A stretch of DNA of 64,000 nt. Origin: Paraspadella gotoi (Eukaryota > Animalia > Chaetognatha). Shown here piece after piece: positions 42,701 through 54,921 of this stretch; position 1 is the stretch's first letter; every line of letters starts with the position of its first letter. The stretch lies in contig CM119269.1 in assembly GCA_051294375.1 (NCBI GenBank), positions 15,325,918 to 15,389,917 on the forward strand. Reading direction: 5' to 3'. Below the pieces are notes generated by a model that saw nothing but the letters and a program-made list of their open reading frames with translations, searched no databases and was not told where the DNA came from. The position numbers were made by a program, and so were the translations under genes.

Positions 42701-45700
42701 AACATCTTGATATAAAACAAGCCAGAACAAATAGACTGCTTCTGGACGGAAAAATTTTTCATCTATGATTTTATATAAGAAATGAAATGGATTTTTTTCC
42801 TTGAAAACGATATAAACGTGACTGAGGTATGTTCCTGTTCAACAAATGAGGTCTAATTTTGGAATCCTTTGGCAAAATGTCTGAAGGGCTCTCAAAATTT
42901 TTCTTTACATTTTATTTGGTTATTTTGAAATAATACGATCATGGTAAAGTGAATTAGTCCATTTTGGTGAAATTTTTTATTTAAAGTAAAAGCAAAAGAG
43001 CTAACGATCGGAATTCTAAGAGTTTTCAACCGGAGTCAGAATCGGAAAAATCTTCTATGGCGAAAATCTTCCAAAGGGGTGGACTTTCCGAAGATTTTGG
43101 TTAATATTTTCTATAATTTATGGTCGGATTTTTTTGAAACTTAATATTAACAAAATTGCCATCATTCTACCCAGGCCGGTATAAGAATATATTAAAAAAA
43201 CCTCGGGCTTTGTTCGTCAGAGCTTGGTCCTAATGTATGTTAAATGGAGATTTTTAAAATAGGAATCTATACATGTAAGTCAAAAAGAAATCGGTCCACC
43301 CAATCAAGAGCTATAGCAACCGATAGACGAGCAGTTAAAAACAAAATAGGGGAAAAAAAAAACATTTTTAAAGATCTGCATAAAACCGAAGTCGCTTTTT
43401 AACTTTATTATTATTATTATTATTTCTTATAAAAAATTAGGAATGGGAAATGTGGATTTTTGAAAGTATGTGCTATGGTACCCTTAACAAAAGGTTAAAA
43501 CCACGTCAATACGGAATCTAACGTGACTTATTTGCGTAATGTTTTAGGGCGGCCTCTTTTTTTGGCTCAGGACTGTAATATGAAATTGGTACAAACGATA
43601 TTCATTCATTTAATAACTAAGTTATCTTGCCCCTGACCTTGGACCGACTATGTGCGTAATAATATTCACTCACCGGAGCGTCAACCGCGGCTCGTGAGCA
43701 AGCCAACATGAGCGCAGTGGCACAGGCTTGATCCGCTGAGTTCAATCGAAAAAAGCTGCAAAAGAAGGCGAGGGTAAAAATGCCGCGCATTTCAAACGAC
43801 ATCCCGGTATAAGACAAGTCACTAAGACTAGAAAGTCAATTAACCTTTCGACGACCCCGCTCTGTGCCGTCCCAGTTTTTAACAACAACTCGCGAAGTTG
43901 ATCCACGGGCCGAAGCTTCGTCATTAAATGTGTTCCTGGAAAAATCCACCGTTAAAACGAAAGGAGTCGAAATAAAAATAATCTATACCTCCACCAAACT
44001 GAAGAGTGGAGAAAGGCCCACCACACCTTGAGCATTGACTATGACGAAGCTTCTCGGCGATTCCATGTGCTGCGTGACGACGAGAGGAGGCGCTCCTTGA
44101 TTCGCGTGTTGCGGAGAGATGGGAGGAGGAAGAGGAGGAGGGCATGAGGGAATCTCATCCATGGCCCAGATACGCCCTTCCACGCCCAGCGTCGCCTGGG
44201 AAGAAAAGACAATTTGGACCTTTTTATACTTGACGGATTGTTCCTACACTGACATTGATTTAAAATGTCCCTTCTCATACCTGAGTCTCCATGAGTTGTC
44301 TCTGGAAGGCGAAGGCGTCTGACGAGAGAATCCAGAGAAGATCATTGTCGTCGGTCTGCGCTTGCGCCATCAGTGCCGTACCTCTTCGGGAATGAGCCGA
44401 GTGAATGTTGGACGGGCGTCTGTATGTTGAGGTTGAAAAAAAAAGGAAACGTGACGTGCCCTTAAATTTTGCCCAATTCACCAAAAATCAACGCCCAGCA
44501 AATTAAAATTTCAAAATCTCGATTACAACGAGAAAGGTGAAAACCGGACCAGCAAAAAGTGAATGAGAATTTTCTTGGCCGCTTTAGTTAATCGTTAATA
44601 TCCCTGATATCGCATATAATCTCGTCAATAACTTTAAACAAAGTAGTATTTACCTGGGCAGCAATAAATTTATCCTAAGAAGAGAGCACATAGTTAAGAC
44701 AGACGAAATGCGCTCAAAGATTCAAGAGTGTCTAACCTCGGAACGGCGGCGGTGGGAGCGAAGCCCGGAGGAAGACGCACGGCAACGAGGTAAAGACCAG
44801 AAGGCGGCGCCGACGGTGGCGTGCCAAAGGGCGACGTGGCGAAATACAGTCGCGCCCCCGACGACGTTAACGCGATCAAGTGAATGTTAGCGCTCTCTCT
44901 CTAGCAGATGACGAAAGCAGAATAAAATACAAATTGATTTATATTTATAGTCACAAATTTCAATACACTACTTGGTACTCACTGCAGTAACGGCCGCGAC
45001 GTGAACGATTTCCCTGAAGTTGGAGCGGTCCGTCCTCGCTCCGTTGGTGGCAGCGTGAGCGACGGCGGCCTCGGTGAGACGAGCGACACAAGCCAGAGAT
45101 CCGGCGCCGCCCCGGGCGTCATAGCAAGCGATAGTGCCCTTGGAGGACCGCGTGTACACGGCCGATCGAGAGTCGTCCGCGCAAATCTGTTTCGGAATCG
45201 GATGAGAACATCGTAACCGTAACAATTAATATGTATGAGATGGAGACCCGTCTGTTCGCCTCTAAACCGCGAACTTACCTGAGCAATGGAATCATCCTCG
45301 GAGGCGATAGACGCGATCCAAGCCGGAATCAAGAGACTCAGGTATCCGCGAGAGTGGTTTATCTTGCGGCATTTTCGTGTAAACCAACCGTCTTGAGCCT
45401 TTAAAATTAAGGAGAGCACTTTAACGGGGTAACTCAAAAATAAGTGTCATTGAAATAGAATTTCGTTGATTTGTAAAAGACCTGATAGTCTATTTCAGTC
45501 AGGTTGCTGTCTTTTCCACCGAGGAAAATGCGACCATTCTCCGTCCCGGCGACGCAAACGTACAAGGTGTTGTCCGTCGGAAGTGAAAAAAGCGGATCCG
45601 GTAGAAGGTGCATTTCTGATCAATTTTTATTGTCGCATATAAAATAATGAAAAAGAAACATTATAATAATAAAGAAACAATTACAGCCAACTAGGAAACT

Positions 45701-46404
45701 GCAACTCACATACCTGTAAAAGAGGGATCACTCTTGTCTCCGTTAAGACCGGCAAAGGCAACGCCAAGCAACAAAATATCAGTCGACGTCACCAAGACCA
45801 GAAGAAAACGGATATCCGGCTTAAAAATATCCGGTTTGGGTCTGGATGATCAAAATTCGACAAAACTAACTATTGCTATTCCAAACTCGTTTAAAAAACG
45901 CTGGGACATCTCACTTGACAAGACCCACGGCAAGGATTGTCTCATTGAGTTGGTCGTAGAAGGCGATGTCACTCCCATCTTCGTAGTTCCAGACGAAAAT
46001 GTCCGAGTCTATGGTCAGCCAGGCCCTGGAGATTTGAGTGAAGAGTCCCATAGAGCAATTGCACTGCATGCTGGCGAACTGTTCGAGAAGCTCAGGGGGC
46101 AACGGGACACGCTTAACGCTGGATATCTCCGAGAGCGCGCCATCGGCGACGGCTGGGTAGTCTTGGTCCTAGAAAGGAAATAGTGGAAGTAGTGTTATGT
46201 CCTGAGCCTGATATACATCGTTGCGATTTTAACCTGAAGGCCAGAGACGGCGATGGTTTGGTGACTGGTGGCACCGAGCAACGCCGACAAGTCGAGAAAG
46301 TTTTGATTAGCGGCCACGTGGGCGTCGACCAGATTTCCCGCTTTCTCCAAAGCCTCGCCCGCCGCAGTCGACGTAGCCGCCTGGCTGGAAGGCGAACTCT
46401 GCAT
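36714..46404 (-). CDS. Nup155: Nuclear pore complex protein Nup155 (multi-exon, about 20 exons)
   Basis: Spliced exons give Nup155-like motifs: [57 protein letters not shown]...[84 protein letters not shown]...[41 protein letters not shown]. The last exon reads [12 protein letters not shown]...[12 protein letters not shown] (TGA at 36714-36716). ATG is at 46404. Exon phases are consistent at the junctions checked. Confidence 0.96.
40725..41418. mobile_element. ~700-bp dispersed repeat (non-autonomous DNA transposon-like), copy 1 in a Nup155 intron
   Basis: Direct copy at 42529-43234. Both begin TAGGAGTCTACGTCGTTCTTAG and end GTCCTA (short TAGGA/TCCTA inverted termini). Non-coding. Confidence 0.7.
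42174..43598. mobile_element. Older TIR element (MITE-like) enclosing repeat copy 2
   Basis: TTGTACCAATTTCATAAAATTACAGCTCCT at ~42178 and the inverted AGGACTGTAATATGAAATTGGTACAA at ~43569-43594. The same terminus recurs at ~42499 and ~55898. Confidence 0.5.
42529..43234. mobile_element. ~700-bp dispersed repeat, copy 2 in a Nup155 intron
   Basis: Highly similar to 40725-41418 along its whole length. Confidence 0.7.
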
Positions 46405-47108
46405 CGTTCTCGCCCTCTTTTCTCTCTTAACAATGGATCATGTGAAGTTAGGGTCAACCGAAAAAAAAGCGTTTGTATTGAGGTAAACTAATCGCTGAAA
46501 CAAAACTGAGAAGAATACATTTTAGGCCAATCTTAGTGCGACGTTTAAATGATGGTAAATTTGATTTAAAGTGTCCATTTAGAAAGAGGCAAGGTAATTA
46601 TACTCCATAAATTTGCATTCGCAGGTAAAAACCTTTAACAAAATTTGTTACGTATTAAAGATAACACTTTTGAATTAATAAATCTTAATTATGCATCTCA
46701 ATGTTAAGAGGACACTGGTCACCATTTATCCGAAATATCTTTGAAAAAAAAACAAACTTTAATTTCGAATACCGTTGATAATTCCACGCCATTGCTCAAT
46801 TTATAGGAAATCTATCCTTTCAATAAAAAAATAAACGGCCTTAAAATTCGTTCCAAAGAAGAGGAGCAGCAAAGAATGCCAAGAATGGTCAAGACTGGGA
46901 TAGGTACTACGTATCATACATTTTTTACTTTTATACAAGATTTTAATGAACTTCTCAACAAATTTAATAAAAACCTACCACCCAAATCACACACTAAGAA
47001 TTAAAAAGTCAAAAATGAAAATGCATATTTAACAGAGAAAACCGAAAGAGTTGATTGGAAAACGATTTTTTTTTATCGAAATGCCGATCATAAGTGGCCA
47101 GAGATATA

Positions 47109-50100
47109 CTAATCTCTGCTCCTTCGGCTCTGCAAGGACTGGAGCGCCTTTTCCCTGAGCCTCTTCTCCAACTGCTCGAGATCTTCTTCGCTTTCCGATT
47201 CTCGACGGCGACGACCCGAGGCGGAGCGATGTCGCGGACGAGCCTCTTCTGTTGATTCAGAATCCGAGTCGGAGTCGGAGTCGCTCCCGCGCCTCTTCTT
47301 CCTGTGCTTCTTCTTCTTTTCCTTCTTGTGCTTCTTCTCTTTCTTGTGTCGCTTCTTATCTCGAGCAGCGTCATCGTCCGAATCGAGTGCGTCCGAGCGT
47401 TTGCGGTCTGAGGAAAAATAAATGGTTCGGAGGCAAAGAAGTGATTTCGTTAATATCGAGATACACTGAACTCATAGGGGACTAACCGTTTGCGCTGGAT
47501 TCCCGTTTTTTTTCCTCGTAATCGCCTAAGCTCTTGGAGACGCCACGGTCGCTGTCGGGATCACCACTTTTCGCTAAGCGCCCTTCACGATCTCCGTATT
47601 TCGAATCCTCCCGACCACTCTCTCTAGCGCCTCTTTCATCCCCACCACGACCGCCCCCCCTTTCATCCTCACCACGCCTAGCTCTCTCATCGCCCATGTG
47701 CCCGTTTCTCTCCTCCCCTCGTCTGCTCTTATCTTCTCTTCTCGGGCTGCTCCTCCCGTCCCTTCGTCCGCTCCTCTCATCCCCACGGCCCATTCGTTCG
47801 TCTTCACCACGACCACTTCGGTCCCTTCGCTCTTCGCCCCCGCGGCCGCTCCTGTCATCGCCGCTGCGTCTGCTCCTTTCCCTTTTTGGGGAGGAATCTA
47901 CCCTGGACCTCTTTGGGGATATAGCATCGCGAGATGGCGACGGGGACTGGCGTCGTTTGGGGGACTGGAAACCATGGGGTGGATCAAATAACTAATGTTT
48001 TCAAGTACAATACAACGCTTCTCACACGAAAAACACGCCTAAAGTTTTTCCAAATATTCGTTATTTGATTCACCTCACACTCAATGGTCAATCATCGTCT
48101 GCCCACCTGTTGGCGTCGCCTATGGGGAGACGACCCTAAAGTGCGACGACGTCCTTCTTCCGGCGGCGATTCTCGAAGGCGACGCCGGCGATCGTTGGAC
48201 GGTGACGACGCCGTGGGACGCCGCTTATCTTCCGTTGAAGAGGAATCCCGGCGGCGCCGCTCTTCGCGGGGCGAGCCATCGGAACGACGCCGTATTTCAT
48301 CGCGACTTGGCGTGATTCGCCGACGCCGTTTTTCATCAGTAGGCGTTGAACCCTCGGCGTGACGCGGTGTAGTTCTCTATAGGTCGATAGGCAGAGGGAT
48401 ATTAAATTAAATAAATTAAAAACAAATACTTTTAACTAAAAAGGTCACCTGGGACACAGGTGGGGGCGATTCTGGCTTCCTTTCCATCCTTTGATCCCTG
48501 CTCCGCCCAGGAGAGCGGGACGATGATCCGGGTTGAATATCGCGACGAGGCGATTTGTTCCTTAGGGGAAAATTTTACCAGTAAATCCGGTAGCTGATGT
48601 CAGTTAACGCTTAGAAGTTTAGACTTACTGGGGAGGAGTCTCATCACCACTCTCGTGGGATGATTCGCTTTTGCGGGATGAAGTCAACTGTTCCTTCGAG
48701 GGGCGCTAAAGAAAAGAATTTAAGTGTTGGGAGCGGATCCATCCAATTAACGCAAATAAACGCAAAAAATCACCTGGCCTACGCGCGGCGAGCTACCCAT
48801 TGGTGGAGCTACTTTCATGTCCATGAGCGAAGGAACGTTCTTCGGCGGTGAGTCACGCTGGTGCTCCCCGCGGGTTTCCACTTCATGGCGCCCTTCGTTG
48901 GGTTCGTCAACGCGATTCTCTACGCGTCCGTCACGACGATCTGGTTGATGATCTTCCTCACGATCTGTATGGTGATCCTCATGGTGATCCTCGCGGCGAT
49001 CCGGTTGGCGTTCCCCGCGGCGATCTTCCCTTCGTTCCTCGCGACGACTTTCTTCGCGCACTTCTTTTTCTTTGTCGTGGCGCAGGTCGGTGCGGGAGTG
49101 ATCGGATTTTTGGGCGGTAGGTGTCCTCCTAAATTCACACGAATGGAATAATAATAAAGAAGACCAAAAAAGCATTTAAAAGTTGAAAAACGAACTTGCT
49201 GATGGTAACGACACGCTCTTGCGGCGTCTCCTCGCCAGACTCCTGTTCCGACGAGGAAGATACCGGTCCACGCTTTGGCGCCGTTTCCTGGCGCGGCGTT
49301 CCTCGACGCCCTTGATCCTCCTTGGCTCGATCGCGCTCGTCACGGGCCGGCGATCGACGTCGGATATCGGCGTCGGAACGAATACGGCGCGAAGCGTCTA
49401 GCGATTGCCGAGACCGCGACGTCTCAGGCGGAGAGTCTCTTCTCGCGCGTTTCGAGGGCGAAGGGTCCGGTTGTTTTGCTGCATTAATACTTTTGTTTAA
49501 AAATATTTCAATATTATAGTATTTTTTTAAAAGTTCCAAATATTACTTCTCTACGCTCGCATTACGAACAGTTAAAAAAATAAGTCTTACCCTGCTTCTT
49601 CGGCCGCTCGTCCTCATCCTCGGACGACGACGAAGATCCCGAAGATTCCTCGCGACACTTATCGCCGTGCTGTGACTTCGACGGAGGAGCCGACTTGGGT
49701 TGGGACCTTGGCTGTTGTAGCTGCTGCTTCTTCGCCCTATCAGCCACAGGTGGAGCCTTTTTTTTCTGGTCGGCCTCATCGTCTTCCGAAGAAGAAGAAG
49801 ACGACGACGAAGAGGACGAAGAGGAGGACTTGGCGGCTTTCGGAGCGTCGGCGGTTGGACGTTTGCGCTCCCCGGAACTCTCTGAGGGACGAAAAATTGT
49901 GAGCGAATCGCAAAACGAAAAAAACTGCTTTAATCTCATTATCCTCACCGTCCGACGGAGCTTCTTCGTCCGACGGCAAAGGATAATCGGCCAACGTTCC
50001 GGCCTTCACTGGTTTCGTCGTTTGCTTCTCCGAGTCCTCATCGGATCGATGGCGTTTCTTTTCTTTAAGCCTTTGTCGCTCCTTTTCCTCCTTCTCACGC

Positions 50101-53100
50101 TCCTTCTCTTTCGCTCTTTCTTTCTTTTCTCTGATTGCTTCTCTCTCCTTCTCTTGTTCCTCCCTCCTCTTGGCTTCTTCCTCCCTTTTTCTCTCCATCT
50201 CCTCTTCCTCTTCTCGTCTTTTCCGCTCTTCCCTCCGTTTCCTTTCTTCCTCCTCTCGTTTTCTCTCCCTCTCCTCCTCCCTTTGTCTTTCCCTCTCTTC
50301 CTCCCTTTGTCTCTCTCTCTCTTCCTCCCTTTGCCTTTCCCTCTCTTCCTCCTCGCGTCTCCTTTCCCTTTCCTTTCTCTTCTGACGCTCCCTCTCTTCG
50401 TCTTTTCTTTTCCTGCGTTCGTCCTCCTCCCTTCTCCTTCTCTCCTCCTCGGCCTTTCTTCTTCTCTCATCTTCCTTCGCCCTCTTCTTTCTCTCTTGGT
50501 CCTCGGAGTCGTGACGGCGCCTTCCGCGGGAGTCGCGTCTATGTTATGAAAATGAATACCATTGTGGAAATTGTTGGACTCAAATTCTTGAAGAATCACT
50601 GTCAACGTCTCCTATTTGAGGCTTGTTTAATAAAGCATTGGTTTATACTTTAACCCCTTTCCTTTTATACAGATCACGTGATATTATTATAATAGCCAGT
50701 GTCGGGGTTTATGAGGCGGTGTGAATATACCACCACAGCATATTTGATATGATGTAGTTGCACCTATCAGAACGACTCGACTTTGACTTAGGCGGTGGAG
50801 AGGGCGACGAGGACGAAGCTGAAGATTCTCTTCTTCCTCTATACTGACGTTTTTGTTGGACGGAATCCGGGTTTGGCTGAAAGCATAACGCAGCTTTGAC
50901 AAGTCTTTGTACGAATAATTAATTTATTTTTTTATTTATTTTTTTATTAATTTATTTAATATATTAATTATAGATAAAATATACTAACCTTTTTTTTTAT
51001 GGAGGTTTCCCCTTCGGACTCTGAATCCGAGGAATCGGCTTCCGGTTTAGCCTTTTTCGCTGCGAGAGTTTCATGAAGGTTAAATATTCATGAAAACAAT
51101 TGATTCATTAACAAAATTTACGACTTACGTTCCGCATCAGATTCGGAATCTGACGCCTCCATTTTTCGTGTTCGCTTTGTATCACTGAATGAAATTAATT
51201 TTAGACTTTTACAATGAAAAACAAAAATAAAACAAACAAAACAGGCGTTGTCTCTAACCTTGCGTCTGGCGGAAGAGCTTTCGGCGAGCGAGAACGGCCT
51301 TTTCCTTTCCTCGACGGGCTGCCAGAAAAAAAACGAGGGAGAAATCAGTCCTCACACGAGCTCCAGACTGGTTCAGCTAACGCCAGCCAACCATCGAGAC
51401 CGACTCACCTTCTGGGTCTGCTTCCCGAACGTCGGCGAGACCGTTCTCCACCGCGATTCCGTGAGCGTGATCTGGATCTGCCTCGTCGATGATCGCGGGA
51501 ACGAGACCTTCGATGAATAGCAAAGATGAAAATATACAATCAAGTTTAGCAAAAGATCGCGTTTTAAATTAACGGCCAACCGCGACCTCTTCTTCCGGGA
51601 GCTCTCGTGCCTATCGCCGGATCGGCTCCTCGAGCGCCTTGACTGGCGGCGATGACCGCGCGAGCGAGAACGCGAGTGCCGACGACGCTCGGATCGCGAA
51701 GAGTGACGCTTTCGGTCGCCCGAGCGCGAACGATGACGCCCGCGGGAGTGAGAACGAGATCGGGCGTGCTTTGAAGCGCGCTTCTTAGACCTTCAAAATT
51801 TTTTCAGGTGGGGGGGGGGAAATTATATACATGTCTATGAATTAGAAAAGTCTGAAATCGTCACACCGTTTCCGATCTTCCTTGTCTTCCTTCTCTTCAT
51901 TTCTGTCTTCCTTCTCTTCTTCTTTGGTCTCCTCTTCTTTAGGAGGTTCTTCGCGGAGTTCTCCTTCCTCTCGCGCTTCGGAGGATGAGGCAGGGCCTGC
52001 CTCTCCAACTTCGCCTAAGAAAGCAAAAGCAATTTAATAAATTATTACAACCAATATCAAAATTATCTAGTCTTTCAATGAACATTGAACAAGTTAACAT
52101 ACCTGATCTTCTGACAGAATGTATTCAGTATTGACTTAAAAGTAGAAAACTATAGTTTTCACATTAGTTACTCTTTTTATTTAATTTTATTTATGGCAAG
52201 ATGAATTTCGGATGGCCGAAGGATCCGATCATGGATTATCAAAAGAGAGATCACAATAAAAGTAAAAAAAAGAAACAGTTTTGTAATTTTACAATAGCGT
52301 ATTTCTCTTAATACTGTACTAATAAATTCATAGCACACTCACCCGAGTCGACGTCCTTCTCGACTACAAGCGGCGCTATTTGCGCCACGGGTTTCGGCGT
52401 CGCAGTTGCTCCTCCAGAACCACCGCTACCAGCTTCCTTTTCGTTTCCCTCCTCCTTCGTGGCTTCGACGGCCGTTTCCATGAGCGGCTTGACGGCCGGC
52501 GGCTCCGATTTAGCCTCCGATCGAGTCGAAACCGAAGTCGCTGTGGGACAGAAAATAGAGCGAGTGTTAAAGTTATATAAAATACCCGACTAAAAGGAGC
52601 AAGAATAATGCTAACCGGAACCGGATCCGACTGGTTCTCCGATTCTGAGAAGGCCCCTTATTTCCGAGCGTTCCTGCCGTTCCTGTCTATCCTTCTCCCT
52701 CCTCTCTTCGAGGTCGGCTTCCCGCTCCCTCGCCCGCTCCGACTCCTCTTGCCGTTTTCGGATCTCGTCTTTCTTCTGCTCCACGAACTTGGCAGGAATT
52801 CCACCGATGTTCTCTTGCGCGCTCAAAAGCAAATCCCACAGCTCGGCGCAAAACTCTCGGGCGTGCTTGGCGGTCAAAAACCCTACGGTGAAGATAAGAT
52901 GTCGGGGTAATAAGTACGGGAATGATTTATCACGTTTATCAGCTTTAGTTACCAGTGAGATTAATTTGAAGTTTGCGGCCGTCGGGATGTTTGGTCTCCA
53001 GTTGATTAAAGATAAACTCGATGACGACATCGTCTTCAAATCCCAGAATCTCGATCACGCGATTGGTGATCCAAGGTTTGATCGTTCCGAGGTTGATCTT

Positions 53101-53396
53101 ACCCATGTCCACCTGAGAGGAAAGCAGAAATAATTCCGTGGTCTCTTGCTTAATAAATTTTCAGTGTCTTAACAAAATGAAACATATTTGCGTTTAAATG
53201 CATTAAAATATTAACTTTTAAAGTGAGCATTACTTTCTTGTTTTCTACACGTATGTGCTCCGATCCACTCAAGGTTCACCTTCTTTTCGACGTTTCCCTG
53301 GAATCGCATCTGCTTCATTAGCTTCTTCTCTTTGTCCGAAAACCGGCTATCCTGTTCCGAGCTCGTCCCGCGGAAGAATCCACCGCCCTCCGCCAT
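47109..53396 (-). CDS. SRRM1: Serine/arginine repetitive matrix protein 1 (SRm160), PWI domain plus RS/charged region, multi-exon
   Basis: Exon 1 reads MAEGGGFFRGTSSEQDSRFSDKEKKLMKQMRF. Exons 2-3 give the PWI domain: VDMGKINLGTIKPWITNRVIEILGFEDDVVIEFIFNQLE...LQINLTGFLTAKHAREFCAELWDLLLSAQENIGGIP. RS-rich exons follow. The C-terminus is EDLEQLEKRLREKALQSLQSRRSRD* (TAG at 47109-47111). Confidence 0.93.
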
Positions 53397-54195
53397 TTTC
53401 GTTTCCGCAGCGAAGTGGAGTTCTAGTTTCGACGATGATTCGATGAAAAAGGGTTTGAAGAAATCGGGCAAAGGACGGGAAGGAGGGACGGAGTGGGAAT
53501 TGGGGTAAGGACTTAGGGGTATTCGGGCAGGGGATGGGAGTTAGGGGCGTCGATGGATGGAGTAGAGGCTTCTTGATTGAGAAGGGACTTCAAATCCGAG
53601 GATCGCAGGGATTGGGAAGCCGACGACGATTATCAAAGCGTGAAGACTTCCCACAATCTTTGCCAAGGATAGCCTGCCGATGGGCTAACGCAATAAAGAA
53701 AACTAAGTCAATCAAAACTTTTAACGACAAGTCACGATCAAATACAAATATATAAGGTTTTTAAAACGATGTGTAAAAAAAACAGCAGCAGATTTGGATG
53801 TATGAAAGCACAACGGGGAAATCAAAACGTGTTTTCGAGTTCGTACAAATGGCTTCTTTTCGTGGTCGCGACGGCAAGCAAGCGACAAACTTTGGCAGAT
53901 CAGATGACACTTTTCTTCGACAACCTTTTTTTTCTCTCGATCGTCAATGAAGTCCGATTTTAATTTTCTCCTTTCAGATTCCGATTACCTGAAAACTTGC
54001 GCCAACAGAATCGACAAGCGCCTCTCGTTCATCTTCTCTAGACTTTTCTTCTTAGAGTGCGACGAAAATCGGAAAGAAGGAGGGGGAGGATCGGGAAATT
54101 TGGGGGGGGATGAAAGGGTCGGGGGTGATGGGGGTGATGGGGGCAGGGCGGTTGCTAGGTGCAGACGGGAGCTGGGAAAATGGTCGACGCCGACG

Positions 54196-54921
54196 TCAGG
54201 AAGGATCTGGGGGAGATGGAACCGGCGGAAGGTGTCGCGGAGGCAGCTGGGGGATAGCATGGGGAATGTGGGGAAGGAGCTGGGAAAAAGTGGAAAGAAT
54301 TGGGGAGAGGGATTGGGGCGGAGGCGGAGGAATGTGGAGCAGAGAGCTGGAAAATAGGAGGAAAGCTGAGGAGGGAATGGGAGACGAGAATGGGAAGGAT
54401 GGGAGAGATGGGGGATGGATGGGAGGAGCTGGGGAAGGATGGGGAGGAGGTGGGGAAGGATAGGGAGGAGCACGGGAAGGATGGGATGGGCAGGGCAAGG
54501 ATGGGTGAGCAGGGGAAGGATGGGGTAGAGCAGGGGAAGGATGGGTGGAGCAGGGAAGGAGGGGGTGGAGCAGGGGAATGAGAGAGGGAGGGGTTGGATA
54601 GGCTGTGAGTTGATGGCTAGTTGGGGAAGAATGGGGAAGGAATACGGGAGGAAGATAAGAGAAAGGATCTGAGCGGTCTGGGGGAAAGGATAGGGGAGCA
54701 GCTGGGGAGAGGGAAATGGGAATTGTTGAGAGAAGGTTAGGGGTTTGGGGAAGAGAAGACGCGGTGGAGCTTTTTGGTTGGAGGGGCGGCGAAGCAGTTG
54801 GAACATCTGGCGTAGGGAAATCCGTGGGTAGCGCAGAAATCGAGATCCCATGGACATTCGTATTGAGAAGAAGAGACGACGCAGCATAGAAGAATATGTT
54901 GGCGTATATCCCACAAAACAT
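54196..54921 (-). CDS. Putative single-exon secreted Pro/Ser/His-rich protein (~241 aa)
   Basis: ATG at 54921 opens MFCGIYANIFFYAASSLLLNTNVHG (signal-peptide-like), followed by a Pro/Ser/His-rich body with HPSP repeats. The sequence is low-complexity and C-rich, so the open frame could be chance. Confidence 0.35.
   Translation of the reverse strand: MFCGIYANIFFYAASSLLLNTNVHGISISALPTDFPTPDVPTASPPLQPKSSTASSLPQTPNLLSTIPISLSPAAPLSFPPDRSDPFSYLPPVFLPHSSPTSHQLTAYPTPPSLIPLLHPLLPCSTHPSPALPHPSPAHPSLPCPSHPSRAPPYPSPPPPHPSPAPPIHPPSLPSFPFSSPIPSSAFLLFSSSLLHIPPPPPQSLSPILSTFSQLLPHIPHAIPQLPPRHLPPVPSPPDPS

Noticed and set aside
37640-53446. Plus-strand ORFs overlapping Nup155 and SRRM1 (e.g. 49695-50549, 47534-47995, 45734-46183)
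   Set aside because: Antisense shadows of GC-rich coding exons.
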